Shown piece after piece: positions 1-8,873 of a DNA stretch of 59,932 bases (positions within the stretch are counted from its first letter, which is position 1; each line of letters begins with the position of its first letter). The DNA comes from Eubacteriales bacterium (GTDB lineage: Bacteria; Bacillota; Clostridia; Oscillospirales; CAG-272). Below the pieces are notes generated by a model that was given only the letters and a program-made list of their open reading frames with translations, was not told the DNA's origin and ran no database searches. The position numbers were made by a program, and so were the translations under genes. The stretch spans positions 1 to 59,932 of the forward strand of contig JAZNOI010000129.1 of assembly GCA_045580755.1 (NCBI GenBank). Direction: 5' to 3'.

Positions 1-3000
1 GAGACTCTTCGGTATCATGTAGTTCATGATCAAGCTCGATGCCAACGATACCGACTTGTTTGCTATCTTGAATACGTGATTAAGAAGCGTGGGAGAAGAT
101 GCCTTACTACCTACCTTAACTATCACCTTATGGGTCGGATATGGAGTTACCTCCTCGATTGCTCCGAGGACATTTCCCTCTTCGTCCGCATCCTCAAATG
201 CAAATGCATTCTTGTATTTCGTCGTATAATTGTCAAAGGAAACTACATCCGCATAATTATACGTCTTTCCGTCAACAGTGATCGTGTCTGTTAGAAGCTT
301 AGTTTCAATATCCTCTCCAACACTGTACTCTACCTTGGAAGAAGGACCTCCAACAGTTACAACAGAACCGTTGTTGAAAGGATATATCTTGCTTCCGAAT
401 CCATATGCTTTTGCCGACAAGGCATCAGCATCACCCGTATAGTGCCAAAGATCAAGCACGTAGTTGCTTTCGTCAGCAGTAGAATAAGCACTGTCACCGG
501 AATTAGTGTTGCCTTCTGCAAAGATACCGTTTGCAAACGTCGCTTTGTCGCCTATTACTTTGATATAGCCCTTATTATTTGTCCAAACACCCTTCATAGC
601 ACCGACAGAAAGGTTTCCGCCGAACGAACCGTCGGTAATTTCCATATAGATATTTCCACCGACTTCGCTGTAACCTGTATTCATCGCATTGGCGTTACTT
701 CCGCCGTATACACCGGCTGTGAACGTACCGCCGCTGATATTCCAGATTATGTCACCCGAAACGGATGAGTAAAGGCCGGACTCGGGACGTCCCGTACCGC
801 CGTAAATATCTGCGGCAACAGTACCGCCCGAAATATTGATGTAAACGTTACCGTCAACATTTGATCTATAACCCGAAGTAAGTGTAAGTCTTGCAATCTT
901 GCCGGCGGTCATATTGAAGTATACGTTACCTATCTGACGGAAGCCATACTGAATACCGTCGTCTGCTACGTCTGTGCGTCCGGTTGAAACCGCACAGCAT
1001 CCTGCAGTAGCAGAACCGTTTGAGTTCCAGACACCGCCGTTGCCAAGGTTAAGAGTAGAGTCGCCTATCATAACGCCGCCGAGGTTATTCAACCCCGCAG
1101 ATGCGTGACCGGGTCTTGCCGTGGGGAATACTTTGGTGGACTGGGTATCAACGTTAAGATTCAACGTCGTGTTACCGGTAAACGTTCCTGTGTAATCCGA
1201 AAGCCCTACGCTGTAACCTATACCGCTTGCGATCTTGTAAGTACCGCCATTAAGAGTAAGAATGTAGTTACAGTTGACGTTCTTCGAAGCCGAAGAATAG
1301 AACGTTGCGGGATGGAGGGATTTTGTTGCTGTTGAACCGTAGTTTGTAATACCCGTAGAATCCAACACAACCGTACCGCCGTTTACTGCAAGTTCGACAG
1401 TACCGTGATCCTGACCGCCGTCTTCAAGGAATGAACCTGCATAAAGCCTTGGTCCGTTAACCGTACCGCCGTTTATTGTAAGTTTCATATAATTGGTATT
1501 ATTTGCACCCGGAACACCGCCCACTACGGGATATTTTACCCAATCAACGGAAGAAACGGGTGTGCTTGTGGTGGAAACGTACGAGCCGCCTATTACATAA
1601 GCACCTGTCTTTACTTCACCGCCGTTAACAACGAGGTCTGATGAGCCGTACATACCCCATTCGGTAGCAGCGCCTGCCGTTGTGAACGCCGCGGTACCTG
1701 CATAGCTTCCGCCAATAAGCTTACCTTCAGCATTAACATAAGGAGCCGTCGAATTTGTTCCAAATATAAGCTTGCTGTTTCCTTTGATCTTTACGTTGGG
1801 AACAATGAAGTAGCAACCACCCACCGCTCTGCCGTTTGCAGAAGCGTAACCGGACTTAAATTCAAATGTAGAGTCACCGTTGCTCTCTGCAGATTTATGA
1901 GAAATAAATGAACCTGCAGATACTATGGAAAACACGTTTGTGTTTATAAATACGAGCGTTGAATCCCCTTCTTGGTTAGAGTACTCAGCTGTTAGTCTGG
2001 AGGCACCGTAATAGTTTCCGCTGAAAGAGCAGTTTTCAAGTGTACCGTGTATAGTACCGCTTACTTTTCCTTTGCCGGCAGTAACGTTACAACCGCCCGC
2101 AGAGGTGCCGGGAAGCTTAATTCCCTTAAAGTGATAAGTGATATTACCGCTCATTATTCCCCAGTAAGCATTCATATGTGCACCTGCGTGAAGCATACCG
2201 CCAAATGTAGGAACAGAAGAATTACCTTTTATATCCGTGTTATGGATATTAAAAGTTATGTTACCTGAGAATGTTTTCGTGGTCTCATAATTCGTTCCTG
2301 CAGTTTGAGCAAGACCGCCGCCGTATACGTCGGAAGCAAACGCTACACCGCCGTAAATATCGATCGTTGAATCACCGGAGTGAAGTGTTTGGTTTCCGTA
2401 CATACAAGACTGTCCGTAGAATTTAGCCGCCGAACCAAATGTACCGCCGCTAACAACGATTTCCGTATTACCCGTATGCTTTGTACCTGTACCGCCAAAC
2501 AAAGAGCCGCCCCAGATGTTCTTCGTAAAGTTTCCGCCTTCAATATTGAACTTTGTCGATGTAGAGTGAACGCTGTTCGTAGCCATATCAGCAGAGGTGC
2601 TTCCGTTGTAGCGGAAATACGAACCTGCATATACCGCACAGTTAAACTGTCCGCCCTTGATAGTAATATCAGCCGTTCCGCCCTTTACGCAGTCCGTCTT
2701 GTTTATCCATGCACCGAAACAAACGTCCGCAGAAAAAGTACCGTCTTCAATAACAATGTTCATATCTGCGAGCTGTTGGCCTCCGGCACCGTTAAGCATA
2801 GATCCGTATACGTTACTTGCATACGTACCATCGTATATATAAACCGTATTTGTACCGTAATTTTTTATCGATGCAACATCACTGTAAACACCGAGGTATA
2901 ATCTACCGGTAACATTAGCATCGTTTATGGTAACTGTTGTATTTGCATACGATCTCGTGCTCTTAACAGTCGTCCATACACTCGCAACACCGCTGAGGTT

Positions 3001-5985
3001 TCCGCCGTCAACCGTCATAGTAAAATTAGGATAATATATGTGGTTGCTTTCGTTTCTTCCGACGGGGCCTACAGCTGCTGTCGCCCTTGCGATGGTACCT
3101 GTCGTATTGATATACAAGTTACCGTCGTGTGTGCTGTAATCCGCATTACCCGAAGCTGTGGCAAACCTCTCAACCGAAGCCCCGCCGAGAATTTGTACGT
3201 CCGAAGTTCCCAGAACGAAGATAAGTCCGTCCTTGCTGTGTGAATCTCCGTCAGCAGTAAATACGCCGCCAAACACATCATATGCCCTTGCAGTTCCCTG
3301 CAACGTGATCTTGGGATCATTCAAACAAATCGCTCTGTAGGGAGATATATCAAGACCTGAATCAACATGTCTTTGGTCGAAATAACCTTCAACTACAGAA
3401 TAATCGGTTATAGCACTTACAACGTACCAAACACCCGAATTCAATTCGAGATTTGTACCGGCAACGTTGGCACGGGAAGAACCAACGGTAATATTTGTAC
3501 CGAATACTGCAGATGCTCCGTCAGGAAAGAACAATGTATTCTTTGTTGTCGCTCCGTTTCCGCTTACTTTAAGATCTTCAAACACCATATTACCCCAGAA
3601 TATGAGGTTAGATCCGCCCGTATTGAGCTCAACCGGAGATGACGAGTTTGCCGAACAGATAGTTACCGTTCCTTTAGGAATATTCGATTCGTTGCCTGCC
3701 ACAACAGAAGCTGTTGCGGTAAAGCCTGCGTTCATAACAAACTTTACATCGCCGTAGTTTGCAAGATCCAATGCATATTCAAGCTTTTCTTCAAAGCTGT
3801 CTCCATCGTTGTAAGTTACCGTAACTTCATCGGTAGTACAAAATACAGCACCGGCGATAATAAGATCTTCGTCGGCATAGTAATAGTTGTTTCCGGCTTC
3901 CGCATAGCCGAGGCTGAGCACTTCAACGGTAACCGCGGTAGGCGTCGTATCGGTAATTACAGAGTCGAAATTTATTCCAAATATATTTCCGCCTTCGCCG
4001 TTCTGCATAAAGCCGTCAAAGGTAACTACTATTCTTCCTTCGTACATCTGCACAGACTTGTTTGCAAATGTATTGCCTTCCCAGTTTATAACGGGATCTG
4101 AAAGCAAAGATGCATCGTAATCAACTGCGATTTTTCCGCTTGTGATCTTACTATCGGTATAATACGAAATTCCTGCGTATGCGTTGTTTCCGTTTATTGA
4201 TTCCGATACGTAGATCTGCGTATTATCTGTTTCTGCCTCGTTATAGCCGCCGATCGTACCGACCTCTGTCGCAAAAGACATATCGTCTGTTCTCATGGTA
4301 AACGAGCTTGTGTCTATATCAAAACCGTTAATAATGTCGTTGTGGTTTCCAACATAGTATTTATCCAAAATAGGAGAGTAGTAACGAACCTGTACCTCTT
4401 TTCCGTCCTCGGAGAAATAAAGCATAGCGATCATACCGGTGGGGCCCGCCTGGTCAAAATCGGGACCCTGGGGATTTACGCAAAGCTGATTTACAACGTT
4501 ACCGTTTGTTCCCTCTGCTTTAACCCAGGTTACTCCCCATGCATACTGGTGACCGCAAATAACCATCTCGAGATTTTCATATTCCTTGATCCTATCCCAA
4601 ATATCAGATCCGATAAGCTTGGAATCGCTTACTCTCGGCATATAGCTTCCGTCTGCCTCTATAAAGCAGTGCATCGTCATAATGACTCTGTGATCGGGAT
4701 AGCTCTTGATTGCCGTGTCCAACCAAGCCAAAACATCCTCGGAAGGATATTTGTCCATAGTTACGATAAGATACTTATTCCCTTTGATCTCAATAGCTCT
4801 GTAAGAGTTTGTGATACTTCCGTTTGCCCCTCTGTACAAACCTGCATCGGTTGCAAATCTATCGGTGTATTCGGGAACGTCAAACCACCTGTCATACTTG
4901 GCCGTATCATCTCCGTTGCCCGTAAGCTTGTCGGAAAGTATATCGTGGTCACCGCGAACAAGTGTATAATCGAGTTTCCCGTTTAGCCTGAACCACTCCG
5001 CTCTTATAACATCCCATTCCCAATCATAGTTGAAGTTTGTCATATCACCCAAATTGAGAACGTGTTCGATCTTGTATTCATCCTTGTTTGCAAGAAGCCA
5101 GTCAAAATATGTATGGTAGAGCTCAGGGTAATATCCCGACAAAATTTGTGTATCTCCGACAATCGCCATTGAGTAGGCGTAGTCTGTAGGAGCAGGGACC
5201 TGCTCAGGTTCTACCCATTCGGACGACACTCTGTTGTTGATCATATCGTACTTGCCGGTCGCATCCTTGATGACCCTGGCTCCCTGTGCACCGTTAAGAG
5301 CGTATGCAGCAACAAGATTTGTATCGTCGAGGTCAATGCTGTACATAGATTGCTTGATTTCTTGAGCAGTTCTTACATCACTGTACACAGCAACAGAACG
5401 TACGCTTCCGATAAATGGATTTGTACCAACAGCATAGTCGCCGCCGATACACATAGGTCTGTTGTTGTATTTTCTGCTGGCATTCTTCTGTGCTTCTGTC
5501 ATCTTAACAGTCGATGCCAATTCACCGTTAATGTAACAACGAGCTTCACCTGCCAAAGGATCGTCAACGATCGCAACATGCGTCCACTCGCTTGTCGAGA
5601 TGTTCGTTCCGTTGAAATAGAAATGACAGGGCGTACCGTTGTCAATAGTGTTGATATAAAGATACGTGCGGCCGTATGTAAAACCTCTGAACCTTACACC
5701 GTTCTTTTCAAGCCCTTCATAGTTTCCAAAAATTACACCCTGCTCTTTGTTAAAGCCCTTAGGTGCCTTTACCCATGCCTCGTATGTATAAAGTTCTTCT
5801 TCCATTGGTTTTGAGGTTTGATAAAGACTTTTTCCGTCAAAGACCGTACCCTCGCCTTCGGATACTTCTAAAACGTTTGTTGCTCGGGATTCCGTATTAT
5901 CAGCAGCGCCGGAAATGATAAACAGTGCCGCGGAAACTATCAACGCTACGAAAACCGATAACAAGATTTTTGTTTTGTTCCTCAT
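1..5985 (-). CDS. Giant secreted multidomain protein, C-terminus outside window (1995 codons visible): signal peptide, LamG/concanavalin-like block, calcineurin-like metallophosphoesterase, long Gly-rich beta-helix-type repeat region
   Basis: Minus-strand ATG at 5985-5983 with AGGAGA about 6 nt upstream. The frame stays open to base 1 (spot-translated at 5985-5700, 3060-3001 and 60-1, no stops). With no in-window stop it is missing from the ORF track, which lists only short shadow ORFs here. N-terminus MRNKTKILLSVFVALIVSAALFIISGAADN. LamG-like YTYEAWVK..WTHVAIVDD..CYINGEL..IGSVRSVAVYSD. Phosphoesterase blocks IVGDTQ, NLGDMT, VRGDHD, ICGHQY. Then many [IV]xGG[TNQ]F..[YW]GG repeats. Confidence 0.8.
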   Translation of the reverse strand, partial: MRNKTKILLSVFVALIVSAALFIISGAADNTESRATNVLEVSEGEGTVFDGKSLYQTSKPMEEELYTYEAWVKAPKGFNKEQGVIFGNYEGLEKNGVRFRGFTYGRTYLYINTIDNGTPCHFYFNGTNISTSEWTHVAIVDDPLAGEARCYINGELASTVKMTEAQKNASRKYNNRPMCIGGDYAVGTNPFIGSVRSVAVYSDVRTAQEIKQSMYSIDLDDTNLVAAYALNGAQGARVIKDATGKYDMINNRVSSEWVEPEQVPAPTDYAYSMAIVGDTQILSGYYPELYHTYFDWLLANKDEYKIEHVLNLGDMTNFNYDWEWDVIRAEWFRLNGKLDYTLVRGDHDILSDKLTGNGDDTAKYDRWFDVPEYTDRFATDAGLYRGANGSITNSYRAIEIKGNKYLIVTMDKYPSEDVLAWLDTAIKSYPDHRVIMTMHCFIEADGSYMPRVSDSKLIGSDIWDRIKEYENLEMVICGHQYAWGVTWVKAEGTNGNVVNQLCVNPQGPDFDQAGPTGMIAMLYFSEDGKEVQVRYYSPILDKYYVGNHNDIINGFDIDTSSFTMRTDDMSFATEVGTIGGYNEAETDNTQIYVSESINGNNAYAGISYYTDSKITSGKIAVDYDASLLSDPVINWEGNTFANKSVQMYEGRIVVTFDGFMQNGEGGNIFGINFDSVITDTTPTAVTVEVLSLGYAEAGNNYYYADEDLIIAGAVFCTTDEVTVTYNDGDSFEEKLEYALDLANYGDVKFVMNAGFTATASVVAGNESNIPKGTVTICSANSSSPVELNTGGSNLIFWGNMVFEDLKVSGNGATTKNTLFFPDGASAVFGTNITVGSSRANVAGTNLELNSGVWYVVSAITDYSVVEGYFDQRHVDSGLDISPYRAICLNDPKITLQGTARAYDVFGGVFTADGDSHSKDGLIFVLGTSDVQILGGASVERFATASGNADYSTHDGNLYINTTGTIARATAAVGPVGRNESNHIYYPNFTMTVDGGNLSGVASVWTTVKSTRSYANTTVTINDANVTGRLYLGVYSDVASIKNYGTNTVYIYDGTYASNVYGSMLNGAGGQQLADMNIVIEDGTFSADVCFGAWINKTDCVKGGTADITIKGGQFNCAVYAGSYFRYNGSTSADMATNSVHSTSTKFNIEGGNFTKNIWGGSLFGGTGTKHTGNTEIVVSGGTFGSAAKFYGQSCMYGNQTLHSGDSTIDIYGGVAFASDVYGGGLAQTAGTNYETTKTFSGNITFNIHNTDIKGNSSVPTFGGMLHAGAHMNAYWGIMSGNITYHFKGIKLPGTSAGGCNVTAGKGKVSGTIHGTLENCSFSGNYYGASRLTAEYSNQEGDSTLVFINTNVFSIVSAGSFISHKSAESNGDSTFEFKSGYASANGRAVGGCYFIVPNVKIKGNSKLIFGTNSTAPYVNAEGKLIGGSYAGTAAFTTAGAATEWGMYGSSDLVVNGGEVKTGAYVIGGSYVSTTSTPVSSVDWVKYPVVGGVPGANNTNYMKLTINGGTVNGPRLYAGSFLEDGGQDHGTVELAVNGGTVVLDSTGITNYGSTATKSLHPATFYSSASKNVNCNYILTLNGGTYKIASGIGYSVGLSDYTGTFTGNTTLNLNVDTQSTKVFPTARPGHASAGLNNLGGVMIGDSTLNLGNGGVWNSNGSATAGCCAVSTGRTDVADDGIQYGFRQIGNVYFNMTAGKIARLTLTSGYRSNVDGNVYINISGGTVAADIYGGTGRPESGLYSSVSGDIIWNISGGTFTAGVYGGSNANAMNTGYSEVGGNIYMEITDGSFGGNLSVGAMKGVWTNNKGYIKVIGDKATFANGIFAEGNTNSGDSAYSTADESNYVLDLWHYTGDADALSAKAYGFGSKIYPFNNGSVVTVGGPSSKVEYSVGEDIETKLLTDTITVDGKTYNYADVVSFDNYTTKYKNAFAFEDADEEGNVLGAIEEVTPYPTHKVIVKVGSKASSPTLLNHVFKIANKSVSLASSLIMNYMIPKSL

Positions 5986-6052
5986 AGTTTTTCTCCTGAT
6001 TTTTGTTAGTTTATATTTTTTTATTTCTTCAAAAATTGTGATAAGGCATATC

Positions 6053-6077
6053 TTCAAAAAATCAATCATTTTTTGAA
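6053..6077. promoter_or_regulatory. Perfect 10-bp inverted repeat TTCAAAAAAT-N5-ATTTTTTGAA, a candidate operator upstream of the giant gene
   Basis: Read directly. Half-site copies CTTCAAAAAT occur near 6028 and, as reverse complement, near 6117. It lies about 70-90 nt upstream of the minus-strand ATG at 5985, in the 691-bp region shared with the divergent AraC gene. Confidence 0.3.
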
Positions 6078-6558
6078 ATATACCCGCCATTTTGCCGATA
6101 TATCGCTCAACAATCGATTTTTGAAGTAATTTGACAATTTGCTTTTTTCTATGATATTTACAAAAAGCTGTCAGCCAACAAAAAAATGCTGCATTTTTAG
6201 TGCTTAATTGCCTCATTTTCCAACATTTGGTTAATTATCTTATACTAAAATGTATACTTTTGCAATAAATTCATACAACTCTATAATATATGAAAAAACA
6301 CTCTTTTTCAATAAACTATTTTGATTAATAAACTTTAATGTTAAACTATATTGACATAAAGAGAGCAAACATATGAACATATTAGTTATTTTAGCTTTTA
6401 ACTATCTTATCTCCTAAATTTATATAACACCAAACACCCCGATTGAAATAATTCGTTTTTTTATTGCCATCAGAATGCGGAGTGCATTATTTGTCAAAAT
6501 AACATACGTGTTTATGGTTATTAAATGCAGTTTTGGTCAATATCGTTCAAATTCCTCA

Positions 6559-6587
6559 TTGACAATTCATGCCTTCATATATATAAT
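6559..6587 (+). promoter_or_regulatory. Sigma-A type promoter, TTGACA-17-TATAAT, for the AraC gene
   Basis: Exact consensus hexamers with a 17-nt spacer, about 90 nt upstream of the ATG at 6677. Confidence 0.5.
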
Positions 6588-6676
6588 AAAAACATAAAGA
6601 TGTCATTTTAGATCAACTTTTTCATGATAAAAAGATCGCATTTCAAACCATACTGAATCATTTGCGAGGTACCCTA

Positions 6677-7456
6677 ATGAATAAAATAGACTTTTTTGAC
6701 TATTATATAGATCACTCATCAACCAAAGCAAATCCGATAAAACCATACGTTATTTCATTTTATCACTTAGTTCTGGTTCTTGAGGGAACCATTACCTATA
6801 TAGCAAACAACGAAAAGATCGTGCTGAAAAAAAACGACGCTTTGCTTCTCCCGCCCGGGACTTTAAGAGAAAGACTTTCCCCAAACGAATACGTCCATTT
6901 CGTCATCGTAAACTTTTTTTCTAACTCAGAAGACATGCCAAAAACCGCAATCACCTTCAGAAACTCGATCAACAAGATCATTCGTTCGTTGCTTGAAGTA
7001 TATCCTTACAAAACCTTTCATTGCATAAATAATCCCGATATCCGTAACACAAAAACGTACAACACACTTTATAACATCTTCAACTGCATACTTATGGAGT
7101 TGTTTGAAACCCTCGACCAACCGTCAAAAAATCCACACATCATTGCAGCAATGAAGTATATAAACGAAAATATTACCATGCCCCTAACGCTTAATGAAGT
7201 CAGCCAAAATATACATCTTTCAAAAGAATATACCTCCCGACTTTTCAAGACTGAGATAGGCTCTACCGTTTCGGAATATATAAACAAACAAAAGCTGACA
7301 CTCGCAAAGGACATGATCGCAAACCACAACCTCTCTCTCCGGAGCATTTCAGACTCTCTCGGATATGCGAATTACAGCTATTTCACAAAAATTTTTAAAG
7401 AGTACTTCCGCATTACTCCGCAAAAAATGCGTAGCGAAATGAATAAAAACAGTTAA
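6677..7456 (+). CDS. AraC/XylS-family transcriptional regulator (N-terminal cupin-like sensor, C-terminal double HTH)
   Basis: C-terminus LTLNEVSQNIHLSKEYTSRLFKTEIGSTVSEYINKQKLTLAKDMI..LRSISDSLGYANYSYFTKIFKEYFRITPQKMR is a typical AraC HTH. ATG at 6677 has GAGG 7 nt upstream and is preferred over the track's TTG at 6662. Confidence 0.85.
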   Translation: MNKIDFFDYYIDHSSTKANPIKPYVISFYHLVLVLEGTITYIANNEKIVLKKNDALLLPPGTLRERLSPNEYVHFVIVNFFSNSEDMPKTAITFRNSINKIIRSLLEVYPYKTFHCINNPDIRNTKTYNTLYNIFNCILMELFETLDQPSKNPHIIAAMKYINENITMPLTLNEVSQNIHLSKEYTSRLFKTEIGSTVSEYINKQKLTLAKDMIANHNLSLRSISDSLGYANYSYFTKIFKEYFRITPQKMRSEMNKNS

Positions 7457-7484
7457 AAAAAGCCCGTAAAAACGGGCTTTTTTA
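7455..7484. terminator. Bidirectional intrinsic terminator between the AraC gene and prs
   Basis: AAAAAA-AGCCCG-TAAAA-CGGGCT-TTTTTT hairpin flanked by an A-run and a T-run. Confidence 0.7.
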
Positions 7485-7492
7485 TTATTTTA

Positions 7493-8605
7493 TTATTTCT
7501 TTCCTTCTTTTCTCTTGTCAAGAAGATTATGTATTCTGTTTACGGGATTGAGAAGTTCGCTTATGGTCTCGTCGTGGTTAAGCGTATCAATCAGCATAGC
7601 CACGTACTTGCACATATTAACTTCATAATACCAAGGACGCTGGAGAAGCTCGGGCTTTCTGTAGTTGAGGTTGGTCGTGAATACCTTTGTAATAAGTCCC
7701 TTTTCGTAAGCATCGTCAAACTTATCGAATCCGTTGCAGAAAAGTCCGAATGTCGAGAATACGAATATTCTCTTTGCGCCTTTTGATTTAAGCTGTGCAG
7801 CAACGTCAAGCATAGATTCGCCTGACGAGATCATATCGTCAACAACGATAACGTCTTTTCCCTTTACCGACTTGCCGAGATATTCGTGCGCCTCGATCGG
7901 ATTTCTGCCGTCCACTACTCGTGTATAGTCGCGGCGCTTGTAGAACATTCCGAGATCAAGACCGATAACCGAGGAATAATACATACTTCTTCCCATAGCA
8001 CCTTCATCGGGAGATATCATCATTATATGATCTTTGTCAAACTCGATATCGGGAACAGCTTTCACCAAAGCTTTTATCATCTGGTATGTAGACTGAACGC
8101 TGTCAAAACCGCTGTTCGGAATCGCATTCTGAACTCTGGGGTCGTGCGCGTCAAACGTAATAATATTCGAAACGCCAAGGTTTACAAGTTCCTGGAGAGC
8201 AACCGCGCAGTCAAGCGATTCTCTCGCAGCTCTCTTATGCTGTCTGCCTTCATAAAGCATAGGAATGATCACCGAAAGTCTGCGCGCTTTGCCCGCGATC
8301 GCACCGATAACCCTCTTAATATCCTGATAATGATCGTCGGGGCTCATGGGCACTACCATATCGTACATCTTATAAGTTACTCCATAGTTAAACACGTCAG
8401 CGATAATAAACACGTCGTGTCCTCTCATAGAGTTCTTGAGCAAGCATTTCGCTTCGCCCGTTCCGAATCTGGGACAGTTGGCATTGATCACGAATGAATC
8501 TTCCGTGTTGCGCCATTGCTTCAGATAATAGTCAACATTTCCGGCGAATTCTTCGCCGCCCCTCATACTGATTACACTAAGTTCTCCAAAAATATTGTCC
8601 TTCAT
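7493..8605 (-). CDS. prs: Ribose-phosphate pyrophosphokinase (PRPP synthetase), long form of about 370 aa
   Basis: Motifs ITFDAHD, VIVVDDMISSGES (PRPP-binding loop) and IIPMLYEGRQHKR. The start MKDNIF at 8605 has GGGGGAAAG upstream. Confidence 0.75.
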   Translation of the reverse strand: MKDNIFGELSVISMRGGEEFAGNVDYYLKQWRNTEDSFVINANCPRFGTGEAKCLLKNSMRGHDVFIIADVFNYGVTYKMYDMVVPMSPDDHYQDIKRVIGAIAGKARRLSVIIPMLYEGRQHKRAARESLDCAVALQELVNLGVSNIITFDAHDPRVQNAIPNSGFDSVQSTYQMIKALVKAVPDIEFDKDHIMMISPDEGAMGRSMYYSSVIGLDLGMFYKRRDYTRVVDGRNPIEAHEYLGKSVKGKDVIVVDDMISSGESMLDVAAQLKSKGAKRIFVFSTFGLFCNGFDKFDDAYEKGLITKVFTTNLNYRKPELLQRPWYYEVNMCKYVAMLIDTLNHDETISELLNPVNRIHNLLDKRKEGKK

Positions 8606-8873
8606 ACTTTCCCCCATAACAGAATATTTGACTTAAAAACAGTTTAACATACCTTTTTGTCCTACATACACGTTTATTATAGCATACTTTGTCGCAAATG
8701 AAAATACAGTTTCTTAATTTTCTTAAAAAAATTTTTTTGAATTTTTCTACTTGTTCAATTTGCACTATTCGTGGTAATATTTTTATTTTTTATCGTTAGA
8801 ATTATTGAATAAATATGTATTATGTGTTAGAATAAATTTGATCTTTTGTATCAAGCAGAAAGGACAGTTTTTC

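Noticed and set aside
2380-5814. Plus-strand ORFs of 154-214 aa (2380-2901, 4342-4986, 5350-5814) and the other short ORFs listed across 76-5814
   Set aside because: All lie antisense to, or out of frame with, the uninterrupted minus-strand frame 1-5985, which has a signal peptide, an RBS and recognisable domains. Their translations are low-complexity (Cys/Arg/Val-rich) with no RBS. They are shadow ORFs.
8805-8873. Upstream extension of the first GH20 ORF (MNKYVLCVRINLIFCIKQKGQFF)
   Set aside because: It has no RBS and overlaps the predicted promoter. The internal ATG at 8874 has an AAGGA RBS and gives a product the same length as the paralog.
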